Shown here: in pieces, positions 20,675-31,044 of the stretch
How the letters are laid out: each line of letters starts with the position of its first letter
Position numbering within the stretch: position 1 is the first letter of the stretch
NCBI GenBank assembly: GCA_045649385.1
Contig: JAZRPT010000071.1
Location: forward strand, 7,160-71,159
Length of the DNA stretch: 64,000 bases
Reading direction: 5' to 3'
From: Faecalimonas sp.
GTDB lineage: Bacteria; Bacillota; Clostridia; Lachnospirales; Lachnospiraceae
Made by a program: the position numbers and the translations under genes
The notes under the pieces: model-generated
Seen by the model: only the letters and a program-made list of their open reading frames with translations
The model's database searches: none
Told to the model about the DNA's origin: nothing

Positions 20675-21727
20675 GTGGAAGAAAACGAGATGAGCAATGT
20701 TGGGAAAGAGCAAGGGGAAAAGACTACTTTTAATGAAAGAAATTATAATATAGATTTTGTGAGAGTGATCTTTGCTTTGTGGGTCGTTGTTTTACATACA
20801 TCTCCTTTTATAGAATATAATTTCTATTTGGGTTATGCTGTGTGTCATGTATACTCAAGATTAGCAGTTCCGTTTTTTGCGGCATTATCTGGATATTATT
20901 TATTAAAAGATTATTCAGTTAAAAAAGCATTATTGTATATCAAGAAAATAACGCTTACTTATGTGTTTTGGAATAGTCTTTCTTGCTTAATTGATATCTG
21001 TTTTGGGTATACAAAGGAGAATATTGTCTTATTTCTAATCAAAGCATTCTTTTTACAAGGACAACATGCATTGTGGTATATGCTTGCATTAATCTATACG
21101 GTTATACTTACAATTATTGTATATATTCTTAATATCAAACGTAGTTTTCTTTTGGGGTGTAGTTTTGTTTTACTCTTATTAGGGATTTTAACAAATGCTT
21201 ATGGGAATTTATTTTTGGCAATGGGTTCTATTAAGAAGATTTTTGGATTGTTAAGTGCAGATATTCAGAATGGTTTACCGTTTGTAATTATCCCTTATTT
21301 TTCGATGGGTTATGTAATAAATCGTACTATTGAGAGAAGAGCAAAGGAAAAAAGAAGCAATTGGCAGATCTTTTGCTTTTGTATTTTGGCATATACTGCA
21401 GAAGTGTTTTTTGTGACGATTGCTGATTTTCATTTAAGCAATGTATCATGTTTCATGACATATCCAACAATATATTTCTTAATCATTGCTTTATTGGTTG
21501 GCGAGAGGCAATGGCAATTTAAAAGAGCTCCATTATTTGGAGCAATGGCTAATGTTATTTATTATGCCCATAGTCTGATGTTGTATTTGATACCAGGTGT
21601 GATGAGAATATTTTTTAAAAGTTCCATAACTCAGACTATGCTATTTTTTGTAATTGTTATTATACTTTTACCTGTGAGTTATGTTTTGGCATATAACAAA
21701 AAAAGAATTGCCAAATGGATTTTGTGA
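20675..21727 (+). CDS. Acyltransferase-3 family O-acyltransferase
   Basis: Polytopic; IDFVR...VVLH, RLAVPFF..LSGY and HALWY motifs. Confidence 0.85.
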   Translation: MEENEMSNVGKEQGEKTTFNERNYNIDFVRVIFALWVVVLHTSPFIEYNFYLGYAVCHVYSRLAVPFFAALSGYYLLKDYSVKKALLYIKKITLTYVFWNSLSCLIDICFGYTKENIVLFLIKAFFLQGQHALWYMLALIYTVILTIIVYILNIKRSFLLGCSFVLLLLGILTNAYGNLFLAMGSIKKIFGLLSADIQNGLPFVIIPYFSMGYVINRTIERRAKEKRSNWQIFCFCILAYTAEVFFVTIADFHLSNVSCFMTYPTIYFLIIALLVGERQWQFKRAPLFGAMANVIYYAHSLMLYLIPGVMRIFFKSSITQTMLFFVIVIILLPVSYVLAYNKKRIAKWIL

Positions 21728-21753
21728 ATTTAACGAATGTATGGGGGGAAAAT

Positions 21754-22761
21754 ATGGCAGACATAAAATTAAGCGTGATTATACCTGTTTATAATGCATC
21801 AGAATTTCTCGGGGACTGCATAGAAAGTTTACTTGAGCAAGGTTTTGACTCAAAAGAATACGAAATCGTATGTGTGGATGATGGATCGACTGATAATTCA
21901 TTGGATATTTTAAAGGATTATGCAAAAAGATATTCATTTATTGTTGTCTATCAAAAGGAAAATGGAGGTGTAGCGTCAACACGAAATTACGGTATTGAAA
22001 AAGCGAGGGGAGAGTACATTGCGTTTGTGGATTCAGATGATTTTATCTGTTCCAATACTTTAGCAAAACTTGTTTCTGAGGCAAAAACAAGAGATGTAGT
22101 AGGGGTACGTTTTGGTTATTCGTGTATAAAAGAAAACGACAAATTTATGAGAGAAAGTGATAAAGAATTTCTCTTTACTATGAAAGAAATTTGTGCTGAC
22201 GATGCTCCTTTTCAAGTGTGGGGAATGTTATTAAAAAAAGAGTTAGTGATGCAAGCTGATTTGCGTTTCAATAAAATATTTAGGACTAGGGAAGATTATA
22301 TTTTTAATTATTTATTGTTCGCATATCATGAAAAGAAAAAAATGTTAATAACAGATGCGCCAGTTTATAAATATAGAGTTAGGGAGGGGTCCTTAAGTCA
22401 TATTATGAGCTATCAGTCTGAAACCTTTCAATGTGAAAGATTAGAAAATATGTTAGATTATATAAGAGAATGTGAACGGTTTGTAGTGGAACATCTAGAC
22501 TGTAGTGAGACTACAAAACATGTAATTAGAAATAAAATAACATATTTTGCTGCAACGGCGTTGCTTTGTAGTTTAAGATGCAAATCAATTAAAGCAAAAG
22601 AGGTTCGATGTTTACTGAAGAGTATGGGTGTGTATCCTTATAAATGGCATGGCATTGTTTTCAATAAACAAATGTTAATTAAAATGCTAATTACAAGTTT
22701 TCCTATTTGCAATGTACTAGACTACTGCGGTTTGTTACGACGAAAAACTATAAATGAATAG
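21754..22761 (+). CDS. GT2 glycosyltransferase
   Basis: LSVIIPVYN, DDGSTD, NGGVASTRNYG and FVDSDD motifs; ORF open from 21715. Confidence 0.9.
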   Translation: MADIKLSVIIPVYNASEFLGDCIESLLEQGFDSKEYEIVCVDDGSTDNSLDILKDYAKRYSFIVVYQKENGGVASTRNYGIEKARGEYIAFVDSDDFICSNTLAKLVSEAKTRDVVGVRFGYSCIKENDKFMRESDKEFLFTMKEICADDAPFQVWGMLLKKELVMQADLRFNKIFRTREDYIFNYLLFAYHEKKKMLITDAPVYKYRVREGSLSHIMSYQSETFQCERLENMLDYIRECERFVVEHLDCSETTKHVIRNKITYFAATALLCSLRCKSIKAKEVRCLLKSMGVYPYKWHGIVFNKQMLIKMLITSFPICNVLDYCGLLRRKTINE

Positions 22762-22814
22762 TATCATATTACAATGATTAGAATATTCTAAGGCGATATG
22801 TCTATGGAGGGAAA

Positions 22815-24377
22815 ATGAAAAATAGAACACGAACAGAAAAAAGTTTAATGAATGCATTTACAGGCGTGTTTGGACAAATGGTCTCTTTTGTGGCAAGTTT
22901 TATAGTTAGAACTATTTTTGTTTATAAATTAGGAGAGACATATCTAGGATTAAATGGATTATTTACAAATATCTTATCTGTATTAAATATTAGTGAGTTG
23001 GGTATTGGGACAGCAATTGTGCTGGATATGTATCGAACTGTTTCGCAAAAAGATGAAGAAAAAACAAAGCAATACTTGGAATTGTATAAAAAGATATACC
23101 GGTGTATTGGTGTGTTTATTATATGTTGTGGTATGATTTTGTTACCATTTTTGAAGTATTTTATTAACGACATAGAGTCTGTTGCTGGAATTAATTATCA
23201 TATTATTTTTTTGTTTTATCTTTTTAATAGTGCATTTTCTTATCTTTGTTTTTCATATAGGGAATCTATTATTCAGGCAAATCAGATGCAATATAAGACG
23301 GGGATTATCAGTTATATGTTCAAAATTGCTGAGATGTTGCTTCAAGTTATTACTTTAACTATATTCGGTAATATTTATGTTTATTTAGTTATTCCGCTTG
23401 CATTAGGATGTATATCCAATGTTGTGAAAGGAGTACTGATCGGAAAATGGTACCCTTTCATTAAAAAAAAGCCATTTGGGAAATTGACAAAAACAGAAAT
23501 AACAACCACAGCAAAAAATGTGTATGGAGTCGCTTTATATAAGCTTAGTGGTACTGTAATAAATTCGACAGATAATATTATACTATCATCGTTTGTCAGT
23601 TTAACATTGACTGGTCTTTATTCTAATTATCTTATTTTAATTGATGCAGTGAGGCACATAGTTGGGAATATATTTGGTTCTGTTACTTCAGGACTTGGCA
23701 CTTTGAATGTAGAGGCGGGAGAGGATATAGAGAGGAAATATGAGATTTTTTCTATATTAAGTTTTTTGAATTTTTGGATATATGGCTTTTGTGCTACAGG
23801 TTTTTTCGTGTTATTGGGACCATTTGTTAAGATTTGGATAGGGGAGCGTTTTGCTTTGAATGGACTTACAGAGGCCATGATAATATTTAATTTTTTGGTA
23901 ACTGGTCTCCAAGAAACCGTAGGTACACATAGAGCAGCGTATGGATTATTTTACAAAGGAAGATATAGACCAATAGTATCGGTGTTGGTAAACATTGTTG
24001 CTTCAATATTATTTGTGAATGTTTTTCCGGCAGAATATGGTGTTGTTGCAGTATTGTTAGGCACAGTTGTATCAAATTTATTTGTAACTTGGTGGTTTGA
24101 TGCATATATGGTTTTTAAACATGCTTTTCATCGAAAACCATATAAGTTTTATATTGTGTTTTGGTTAAGAATGATTTATATTTTAGGGACATGTTTACTT
24201 TGCCAAGTAATATGTTCTATGTTTGAACTAAATGTAATTGCTACGGTGATAGTTAATTTTATTGTATGTACCGCGGTATTTAATTTACTATTTATTTTAC
24301 TTTTTAATAAAAAAAAGGAATTCAAATATCTAATTAATTTTTTAACACCAATTATAAAACAAATACGTGGTCGCTAA
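22815..24377 (+). CDS. Wzx-type oligosaccharide flippase
   Basis: Many TM helices; LGLNGLF..ILSVLNISELGIG and STDNIILS..GLYSNY motifs. Confidence 0.88.
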   Translation: MKNRTRTEKSLMNAFTGVFGQMVSFVASFIVRTIFVYKLGETYLGLNGLFTNILSVLNISELGIGTAIVLDMYRTVSQKDEEKTKQYLELYKKIYRCIGVFIICCGMILLPFLKYFINDIESVAGINYHIIFLFYLFNSAFSYLCFSYRESIIQANQMQYKTGIISYMFKIAEMLLQVITLTIFGNIYVYLVIPLALGCISNVVKGVLIGKWYPFIKKKPFGKLTKTEITTTAKNVYGVALYKLSGTVINSTDNIILSSFVSLTLTGLYSNYLILIDAVRHIVGNIFGSVTSGLGTLNVEAGEDIERKYEIFSILSFLNFWIYGFCATGFFVLLGPFVKIWIGERFALNGLTEAMIIFNFLVTGLQETVGTHRAAYGLFYKGRYRPIVSVLVNIVASILFVNVFPAEYGVVAVLLGTVVSNLFVTWWFDAYMVFKHAFHRKPYKFYIVFWLRMIYILGTCLLCQVICSMFELNVIATVIVNFIVCTAVFNLLFILLFNKKKEFKYLINFLTPIIKQIRGR

Positions 24378-24449
24378 AACTATCAACTTAGATGTTTGAG
24401 GACGATTTCTAAGACTGAGAAACCATAGGAAAATTGAAAGGAAGATTAC

Positions 24450-25052
24450 ATGTATCTGCAGGAGATAAAAGAGAAAAGAGAATTAGATATATGGTTAAAA
24501 GAAATGAATCTATCATTTAAGGCGAGAAGTACGGAGAGAATTCCTTATGAGGAAGTCATAAGTGAATATTTTCGTTCGAATGATAATCAAAGTGTATGGG
24601 GGGTGTATAGTGACGAAGATGAACTTTTAGGTGGAATGTGTCTTTTATATGATGTTGAGTATAAAAATATAAAACTTGCTAAGATTAGCCGTGTTTGGGT
24701 TTCGGTTCGATGTCAACATGCGGGTATTGGTACATTCTTAATGGAAGAGGCAGAAAAGATTGCCATTGGAGATGGTAGAGAAATGCTTCAATTAAATGTA
24801 GCTAATATATATGTGCCAGCGGTATCGTTATATAATAAAACTGGATTTAGAAAATATAAAATATATGCCAATGCTCCAAATACATACTATTTTATACGAA
24901 TGATAAAACCCATTGGCGATTTTAAATTTTCAGAAATCAAAAGAATAGGTGCACTGATTAAATCGAATATAATTTTTAAAATTCTTTTTAAGAAAGACAG
25001 TTCACCATCGATTATGAATAGATTGATTTATGAGCGAATACTAAAATCTTGA
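24450..25052 (+). CDS. GNAT family N-acetyltransferase
   Basis: Acetyl-CoA motif VSVRCQHAGIG and AVSLYNKTGF. Confidence 0.85.
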   Translation: MYLQEIKEKRELDIWLKEMNLSFKARSTERIPYEEVISEYFRSNDNQSVWGVYSDEDELLGGMCLLYDVEYKNIKLAKISRVWVSVRCQHAGIGTFLMEEAEKIAIGDGREMLQLNVANIYVPAVSLYNKTGFRKYKIYANAPNTYYFIRMIKPIGDFKFSEIKRIGALIKSNIIFKILFKKDSSPSIMNRLIYERILKS

Positions 25053-25060
25053 AAATGTAG

Positions 25061-27127
25061 ATGAGGGGCATGGGTATGAGTAATGAATTTATAAATATAA
25101 CGATGGTTTTGGGGTCAAAGGGAGTTAATGCGACGGGCTTGATTCGTAGCCTTGGGCGAGAAGGGATTCCTGTAGTTTATGCTTCAAATAATAGTAGGAT
25201 TGAAAGCAAATATGTATTTGATTATCTAAGACTTCCAAATAAAAAAGAAGATTGGGTCGGTTGCTTAGTTGAATATGTTAGGGGTCAGCTTGAAAAAATT
25301 GTAATTTTTCCTACGGATGATGAAACAGCACTATGGATAGATGATAATTATGAAATTTTGCAAAAAGACTTTATTGTACCAAACGCAAAAGGTAAATTAA
25401 AAACTTTTGCAGACAAAACGGTGATGAACGAGTTGGCGAGAAAAGTCGGATTAGATGTTCCAGACTTTATGAAAATATCATTGAACGAGTTCAATAAGGA
25501 TATTCGTTATCCAGTTATACTAAAACCATATGCAGGATATGCCGGAGATAAGGGAGATATTGAAATATGTAGAAACAAAATAGATTATGCAGATGCTGTT
25601 GATAAGTTACAGGAGCAGGGATATAAGGAAATGTTGCTCCAGCAACTTTTGGACGAACCGAATCAGGAGGAAATAGGATTGATGGGAATGGTTCTTCCGA
25701 ATGGAGAAGTTGTCATTCCAGGAATCATACATAAGATTCGTTCATATCCGGTTGGGCGTGGAAGTACTTCGTATGCTAGATTTACACCTGATATAAGTGA
25801 TGTTGATATGAAGAAAATCAAACAGTTTGTAGCCGTGACAGGATATACTGGTTTATTTGATATTGAAATGATTAAGGCAAGAGGAAAGTATTGGTTTATA
25901 GAAATCAACTATAGAAATGGTCAATATGGATATACGCCAACTGTTGCAGGTTATAATTTGCCATCAAATTGGTATCGAGGAATGTTGGGACAAAATATTC
26001 AACTTGTCGACAATCTAAAAGAGATTTATTATATCAATGAACGTGATGATTTCAAGCATGTTAAGCATGGAGAAATATCTCTTTATACATGGCTGAAACA
26101 ATTTCGGGGAGCGACAGCATATGGTATGTTTTGCCCAGAAGATCAGAGACCATATATAAGACAATATATGAAGATTCCAGATAGAATAGTTATAAAATAT
26201 AATAGATGGAAAAATCTGTTAAGGGATTTATTAATTAAAGAAGAATGGAATATTGCTATAAGAGAAAAAGATACTACGCCATTGTGGAAAGATGGAGGAG
26301 TCGATAAACCATTTGAGGTATTACCAAATACAATACGTTATTGGGCGGCAGATCCTTTTATTATTTCTAACGAAAATCAAGACTATTTGTTTTTTGAAAT
26401 GTATGATCGTTTTAAAGGGAAAGGGGTAATAGGGTATCGCATTATTGAAAATGGAAGGGTGGGGAAAATGAAAGTGGCTTATGAAGCAACTACACATCTT
26501 TCATTCCCATTTGTTTTCAAATATAATGGAGATATCTATATGTTGCCTGAAAATGCAAAAGGTAAAGAATTGGTGTTGCTTAAAGCAACTAATTTTCCGC
26601 AAGAATGGGAGATTGCGCAAAAATGGTTAGCAGGTAAGAGTGTATGTGATTCTGTTTTATTTCGATTAGGTAAAGATGTTTTTATGTTTACTCAAGAATT
26701 TGAAAAAGATTACAAGTTGGATTGTCTCAATGCCTATATTTATGACAATGGTGTGTGGCGACCATGCGACAATAACTTAATTGTTCAAGATATATCGAAT
26801 GCTAGGATGGCAGGAGATATTATTTTTGAAGAAAACAAAGTTATTCGTGTTGCGCAAAATTGTCAAGGGACATATGGAAAAGGAATTAAATTTAACTATC
26901 TTAAATTTTTAAGTTCAGAAGAATATAGGGAAGAGTGTTTTAATGAAATTCTAGCATCAGATATTAATATTAAAAGGGGAAAACACAATTACCAAGGCAT
27001 ACATACTTATAATCAAAATCAAAGATATGAAGTTATAGATTTAAAATGTCGAAATGTTATAAAGATTGGAAACGTAATTAATATTGGATATCGGGTTATA
27101 CAAAAATGTAAGATAGGCAAAAAGTAA
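25061..27127 (+). CDS. Fusion: ATP-grasp carboxylate-amine ligase plus five-bladed beta-propeller (GH43/GINT1-N-like) domain
   Basis: ATP-grasp motifs FPTDD, DK, YPVILKP and FIEINYR; C-terminal WAADPF, LFFE, HLSFPFVF, MLPE, ARMAG and HTYN. Confidence 0.75.
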   Translation: MRGMGMSNEFINITMVLGSKGVNATGLIRSLGREGIPVVYASNNSRIESKYVFDYLRLPNKKEDWVGCLVEYVRGQLEKIVIFPTDDETALWIDDNYEILQKDFIVPNAKGKLKTFADKTVMNELARKVGLDVPDFMKISLNEFNKDIRYPVILKPYAGYAGDKGDIEICRNKIDYADAVDKLQEQGYKEMLLQQLLDEPNQEEIGLMGMVLPNGEVVIPGIIHKIRSYPVGRGSTSYARFTPDISDVDMKKIKQFVAVTGYTGLFDIEMIKARGKYWFIEINYRNGQYGYTPTVAGYNLPSNWYRGMLGQNIQLVDNLKEIYYINERDDFKHVKHGEISLYTWLKQFRGATAYGMFCPEDQRPYIRQYMKIPDRIVIKYNRWKNLLRDLLIKEEWNIAIREKDTTPLWKDGGVDKPFEVLPNTIRYWAADPFIISNENQDYLFFEMYDRFKGKGVIGYRIIENGRVGKMKVAYEATTHLSFPFVFKYNGDIYMLPENAKGKELVLLKATNFPQEWEIAQKWLAGKSVCDSVLFRLGKDVFMFTQEFEKDYKLDCLNAYIYDNGVWRPCDNNLIVQDISNARMAGDIIFEENKVIRVAQNCQGTYGKGIKFNYLKFLSSEEYREECFNEILASDINIKRGKHNYQGIHTYNQNQRYEVIDLKCRNVIKIGNVINIGYRVIQKCKIGKK

Positions 27128-27141
27128 GGAGAGAGAATGTC

Positions 27142-28218
27142 ATGCATCAAACAAAATGCATTTTACAAGTGTGCGCTTATGCAGCACCTTATCCGGGTAA
27201 CTTTATGAATACTCTACAAATGCTGGCTATTACTAATCAAGAAAGAGGCTACGAAACAGTTTTTGCTTTTTGCGAGACTGCGAAAGAACTGAAATGGTGT
27301 CAGGAATTATCAAAACAATATAAAATTTATTATTTACCTGTTAGTAAAGCTCGCATAAAACTGAAGACCTATACTGTCATGCGACGTATATATAAGGAAA
27401 ACAATATAGTTATAGCGCATAGCCATTTTGAATTATATGATATGGCAGTAAATTTAATGGCGCCAAAAGGCACGAAAGTTTTTTGGCATTTACATGACTC
27501 ATTGGAACTCAGTTATTTGCGTTCCAACACATTGTATAAAATCTTATGGAGAATGCAATATGGTTTGTGTAGCAAACATGTCACGCTTCTTTCTGTTTCA
27601 GAAAAAGCTAAAAAATATGCGATTAAATTAGGTTTTGATCCAAAGAATGCGTATTTTCTTGCAAACGGAATTGATTTAAACAGAATTGTACAAATGGATA
27701 CATGTCAAAAATATGACTTTTTGATGTTTGGATGGGATTTCCAATGTAAAGGTGTTGATTTGATGTTAGATACACTTAATATACTGGCAGAGGAAGAATT
27801 CAAAGTGGGATTGGTAGCAGGAGAGCAAACATGGAGGCAAATTGATGTTACAAAATATAAGCAATTAACTAGGCAAGAAACTGTAAAAAATGTTTCAGAA
27901 CTATATCAAGCATCAAAATGTTTTTTACATATAAGCAGGTCGGAAGGTTTATCTTATGCATTATTGGAAGCTGTTTACGCAGGGTGTATAATTATATGTA
28001 GCGATATAGAGCAGAATCTCTTTGCGGATATCTTCCCAACGGTTATTATGGTTGAAAGTGAAAACACACAAATGATTGCAGAAAGAATGCGTAGTGTTAT
28101 TCGAAATGAAGTTATACTGAATGATATAGAAATTCAGCAGGCTAGAAAAATCGTAGAGAGAGAGTATTCGTTGCAAGCGTGGATAAGAAAAATACAGGCA
28201 TTCTATTTTGCTGAGTAA
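27142..28218 (+). CDS. GT4 glycosyltransferase
   Basis: NGID, KGVD and SRSEGLSYALLEA motifs. Confidence 0.88.
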   Translation: MHQTKCILQVCAYAAPYPGNFMNTLQMLAITNQERGYETVFAFCETAKELKWCQELSKQYKIYYLPVSKARIKLKTYTVMRRIYKENNIVIAHSHFELYDMAVNLMAPKGTKVFWHLHDSLELSYLRSNTLYKILWRMQYGLCSKHVTLLSVSEKAKKYAIKLGFDPKNAYFLANGIDLNRIVQMDTCQKYDFLMFGWDFQCKGVDLMLDTLNILAEEEFKVGLVAGEQTWRQIDVTKYKQLTRQETVKNVSELYQASKCFLHISRSEGLSYALLEAVYAGCIIICSDIEQNLFADIFPTVIMVESENTQMIAERMRSVIRNEVILNDIEIQQARKIVEREYSLQAWIRKIQAFYFAE

Positions 28219-28241
28219 GAGTGTAATATGTTTAAAGTTGT

Positions 28242-28838
28242 TTGATAATGATGGGGAAACCCAATCTGAAAAAGAGAAAGGGATTAACAAAATATAATAT
28301 GTTTCGTTTGTATAGAGAATTTTGTGGGTATTTGCAACTATATTTCCCTAAAATCAAGTGGGTTATATTGTTTGGACTGATTTTTCTGAGTTTGTTATAT
28401 TTAGAAAACTGGAAAGGTGCTGTGCAACAGAAAGGACCGGTAATATTCGTTTGTAAAATGCTATTATCTCTGACATGTTCATTTATCTTTGTCATGACCT
28501 TATTTGGTCGAACCACGGAGGGAAATTACGATTGGGAATTGATGCCATTTGAATCCTACTATAATGCTTGGACGGAAGGAAGCATGGAAATTATGCTACA
28601 GATTCTTGTGAACATAGCAATGTATATTCCATTAGGTTTTCTTCTGCCATGTTGTTTTCGATGGTTTGAGAGATACAGACATGTTTTATTTGTAGCCAGT
28701 GTAAGCTCGCTATTGATAGAATTGATTCAATTGATTTTCAAAATTGGCTTATTTGAAGTTGATGATATCATTAATAATATTTTAGGTGCAATTATAGGGA
28801 TTGGATTATACACACTATTACGCGGAGAAAAGTCATGA
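28242..28838 (+). CDS. VanZ family protein
   Basis: NIAMYIPLGF and IELIQ...GLFEVDDIINNILG motifs; start may be 28299. Confidence 0.85.
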   Translation: MIMMGKPNLKKRKGLTKYNMFRLYREFCGYLQLYFPKIKWVILFGLIFLSLLYLENWKGAVQQKGPVIFVCKMLLSLTCSFIFVMTLFGRTTEGNYDWELMPFESYYNAWTEGSMEIMLQILVNIAMYIPLGFLLPCCFRWFERYRHVLFVASVSSLLIELIQLIFKIGLFEVDDIINNILGAIIGIGLYTLLRGEKS

Positions 28839-29722
28839 AAGAATCAATCAAAAAAATATTTAACAAACTATCCAAAACGAAATTTGTCATCTTCCTATTC
28901 TTACTTTGGCAGTGCCTATTTTGGATAGAATATGGTTATTTCAAAATCAAGTGGCTAATAATTGGTAAAAAAAAGCTAGACCAAGATTCAGTTAAACTAG
29001 TATGTGAAGAATGCACCTTCATTTTCAAATCATTTGAACGTCAGAACATGGCGAAGCGACTTTATAAGAGTATTCAGTCATATTATCCAGGTGCAAAGGT
29101 GATTATCGCAGATGATAGTTCTAAACCATTGGATATCACTGGTGAAAATTTGGAAATTATTCAATTGTCATTTAATAGTGGTTTAAGTGTTGGATTGAAT
29201 CGGGCATTGGAAAAGGTAACAACTCCATTTGTTGTACGAATGGATGATGACCAATTACTAACGCCATTTACGAAGATACATAAACAAATTATGTTTCTAA
29301 AAGAGTATTCAGAAGTAGATTTGGTGGGTATTTTATTGTATCACATGCCGATATGTCGTTCGCTAAAGAAAGCAGCTGAAGAATACTATAAGCAGCCAAT
29401 GAATTATGCACCAAAGAAATTGATAATTCCACATATGACAGAGATTGATGATACGCATATTGTGGTTGGCAAGTCTTCGAACACATTTGTGGCAAGGACA
29501 GACAAATTAAAAGAAATAAGGTATGATGATAATATTCGAATGATTGATCATAATGAATTTTTCTTCCGTGCAGCCGGAAACATCGTGTCGGTGTTGGATA
29601 AGACTGCATTTGTACTTCATTATCGTAATCGATTTGATATGCACTATAATAAATACAGAAATGATTATCAAAGAGATCAGATTTACATCAGAGAAAAGAT
29701 GAAGAAGCTGTTACAATGTTAA
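28835..29722 (+). CDS. GT-A glycosyltransferase resembling beta-1,4-GalNAc transferases
   Basis: FIFKSFER...SIQSYYPGAKVIIADDS...GLNRALEKVTTPFVVRMDDD; N-terminal hydrophobic segment. Confidence 0.8.
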   Translation: MKESIKKIFNKLSKTKFVIFLFLLWQCLFWIEYGYFKIKWLIIGKKKLDQDSVKLVCEECTFIFKSFERQNMAKRLYKSIQSYYPGAKVIIADDSSKPLDITGENLEIIQLSFNSGLSVGLNRALEKVTTPFVVRMDDDQLLTPFTKIHKQIMFLKEYSEVDLVGILLYHMPICRSLKKAAEEYYKQPMNYAPKKLIIPHMTEIDDTHIVVGKSSNTFVARTDKLKEIRYDDNIRMIDHNEFFFRAAGNIVSVLDKTAFVLHYRNRFDMHYNKYRNDYQRDQIYIREKMKKLLQC

Positions 29723-29743
29723 AATATTAGATGAGAGGGAAAA

Positions 29744-30982
29744 ATGAACAAAACAAATGAAAGATTTCTAGAAGCTCTAAGAGCTTCCTTGCAAAAACAG
29801 AATATTGTTTGGGATGATATGTCTAAGAATGACTGGCATACATTGTTTAAATTGGCAGATTCACAAAGTGTGTTACCGCTGATTTATCAAGCAATTTATA
29901 GTTGCCCTTCTGCAAAGGAGCATGCGGATATTATGAAGTCTTATTTTAGTATTGTATCCGAGCAAGTGGCAATGCAGGTAATGAAGACAGCAGAATTTTT
30001 AGATGTGTATCAAAAACTTTGTAATCAAGGAGTAAAGCCATTGATTGTCAAAGGATTAATTTGTAGAAATCTTTACCCACTTCCGGATTATCGTCCGTCA
30101 ACGGATGAAGATGTGTTCATTCTGCCAGAGCAATTTGATATTTGTCACAAAGAATTTATGAACTATGGCATGCAATTGCTAGAAGATGATGAAGATATTT
30201 ATAAGGCATACGAGGTCGCTTATTGGAAGAACCCTACGCTACTCTATATAGAGTTACATAAGAATTTATTTCCACCGGAATCGGAAGCATATGGAGAGTT
30301 TAATAACTACTTTAAGGGGGCGCATCAGCGAGCGATACAAGAGAACATACATGGAACATCTGTGTATACATTAGATTATACAGAGCATTTGTTTTATTTG
30401 ATATGTCACGCGTTTAAGCATTTCTTAGGAAGTGGATTTGGTATTAGGCAAGTGTGTGATATCACGTTGTTTGCTAATAGATATGGAAAAGAAATTGATT
30501 GGGAATTGTTGTTGAGACAGTGTAAAGAAATCGCGGCTGACAGATTTGTTGCAACATTGTTCCAGATAGGAGAAAAGTATTTGACTTTTGATCCTAAGCA
30601 GGCTTGCTATCCGGATGTTTTTGGGGAATTAGCTGTTGACGAAGAAGATTTGTTGATGGACATGCTTGAAGGAGGAGTCCTTGGTAATTGCGATTTGAGT
30701 CGTATCCACAGTAGCAATATCACATTGCAAGCAGCCGCTGCAAATAAGAAGGGAAAGGAATCCAGGGGCATGGTACTTAAGACCATTTTCCCTTCGAGAA
30801 AGTATTTGGTGAAGTGGTATAAGTATTTGGAGAAATATCCATTTTTACTTCCGGTTGCGTGGGTGAGCCGAATATTTAAGTACCTTGGGGAAACAGATAA
30901 GAAACATAATGCACCTGGGAAGGCGATGCAGATAGGTACGCAGAGAGTGGAATTGCTGAAAAAATATGGGGTGCTGAGATAA
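29744..30982 (+). CDS. Uncharacterised nucleotidyltransferase family protein (NTP_transf_5-like)
   Basis: VKGLICRNLYP..RPSTDED, IELH and HAFKHFLGSGFGIRQ motifs. Confidence 0.85.
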   Translation: MNKTNERFLEALRASLQKQNIVWDDMSKNDWHTLFKLADSQSVLPLIYQAIYSCPSAKEHADIMKSYFSIVSEQVAMQVMKTAEFLDVYQKLCNQGVKPLIVKGLICRNLYPLPDYRPSTDEDVFILPEQFDICHKEFMNYGMQLLEDDEDIYKAYEVAYWKNPTLLYIELHKNLFPPESEAYGEFNNYFKGAHQRAIQENIHGTSVYTLDYTEHLFYLICHAFKHFLGSGFGIRQVCDITLFANRYGKEIDWELLLRQCKEIAADRFVATLFQIGEKYLTFDPKQACYPDVFGELAVDEEDLLMDMLEGGVLGNCDLSRIHSSNITLQAAAANKKGKESRGMVLKTIFPSRKYLVKWYKYLEKYPFLLPVAWVSRIFKYLGETDKKHNAPGKAMQIGTQRVELLKKYGVLR

Positions 30983-30986
30983 TAGT

Positions 30987-31025
30987 AAAGCGATCTCAAC
31001 TACTAATCATAAGTGAGATCGCTTT
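30987..31025. terminator. Bidirectional terminator between convergent genes
   Basis: Perfect 12-bp inverted repeat AAAGCGATCTCA / TGAGATCGCTTT. Confidence 0.8.
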
Positions 31026-31044
31026 TTGAATGCACAAAATGAGA

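Noticed and set aside
10605-30982. Lasso-peptide/RiPP cluster suggested by the nucleotidyltransferases
   Set aside because: No PqqD, cyclase, B2 protease or precursor peptide was seen.
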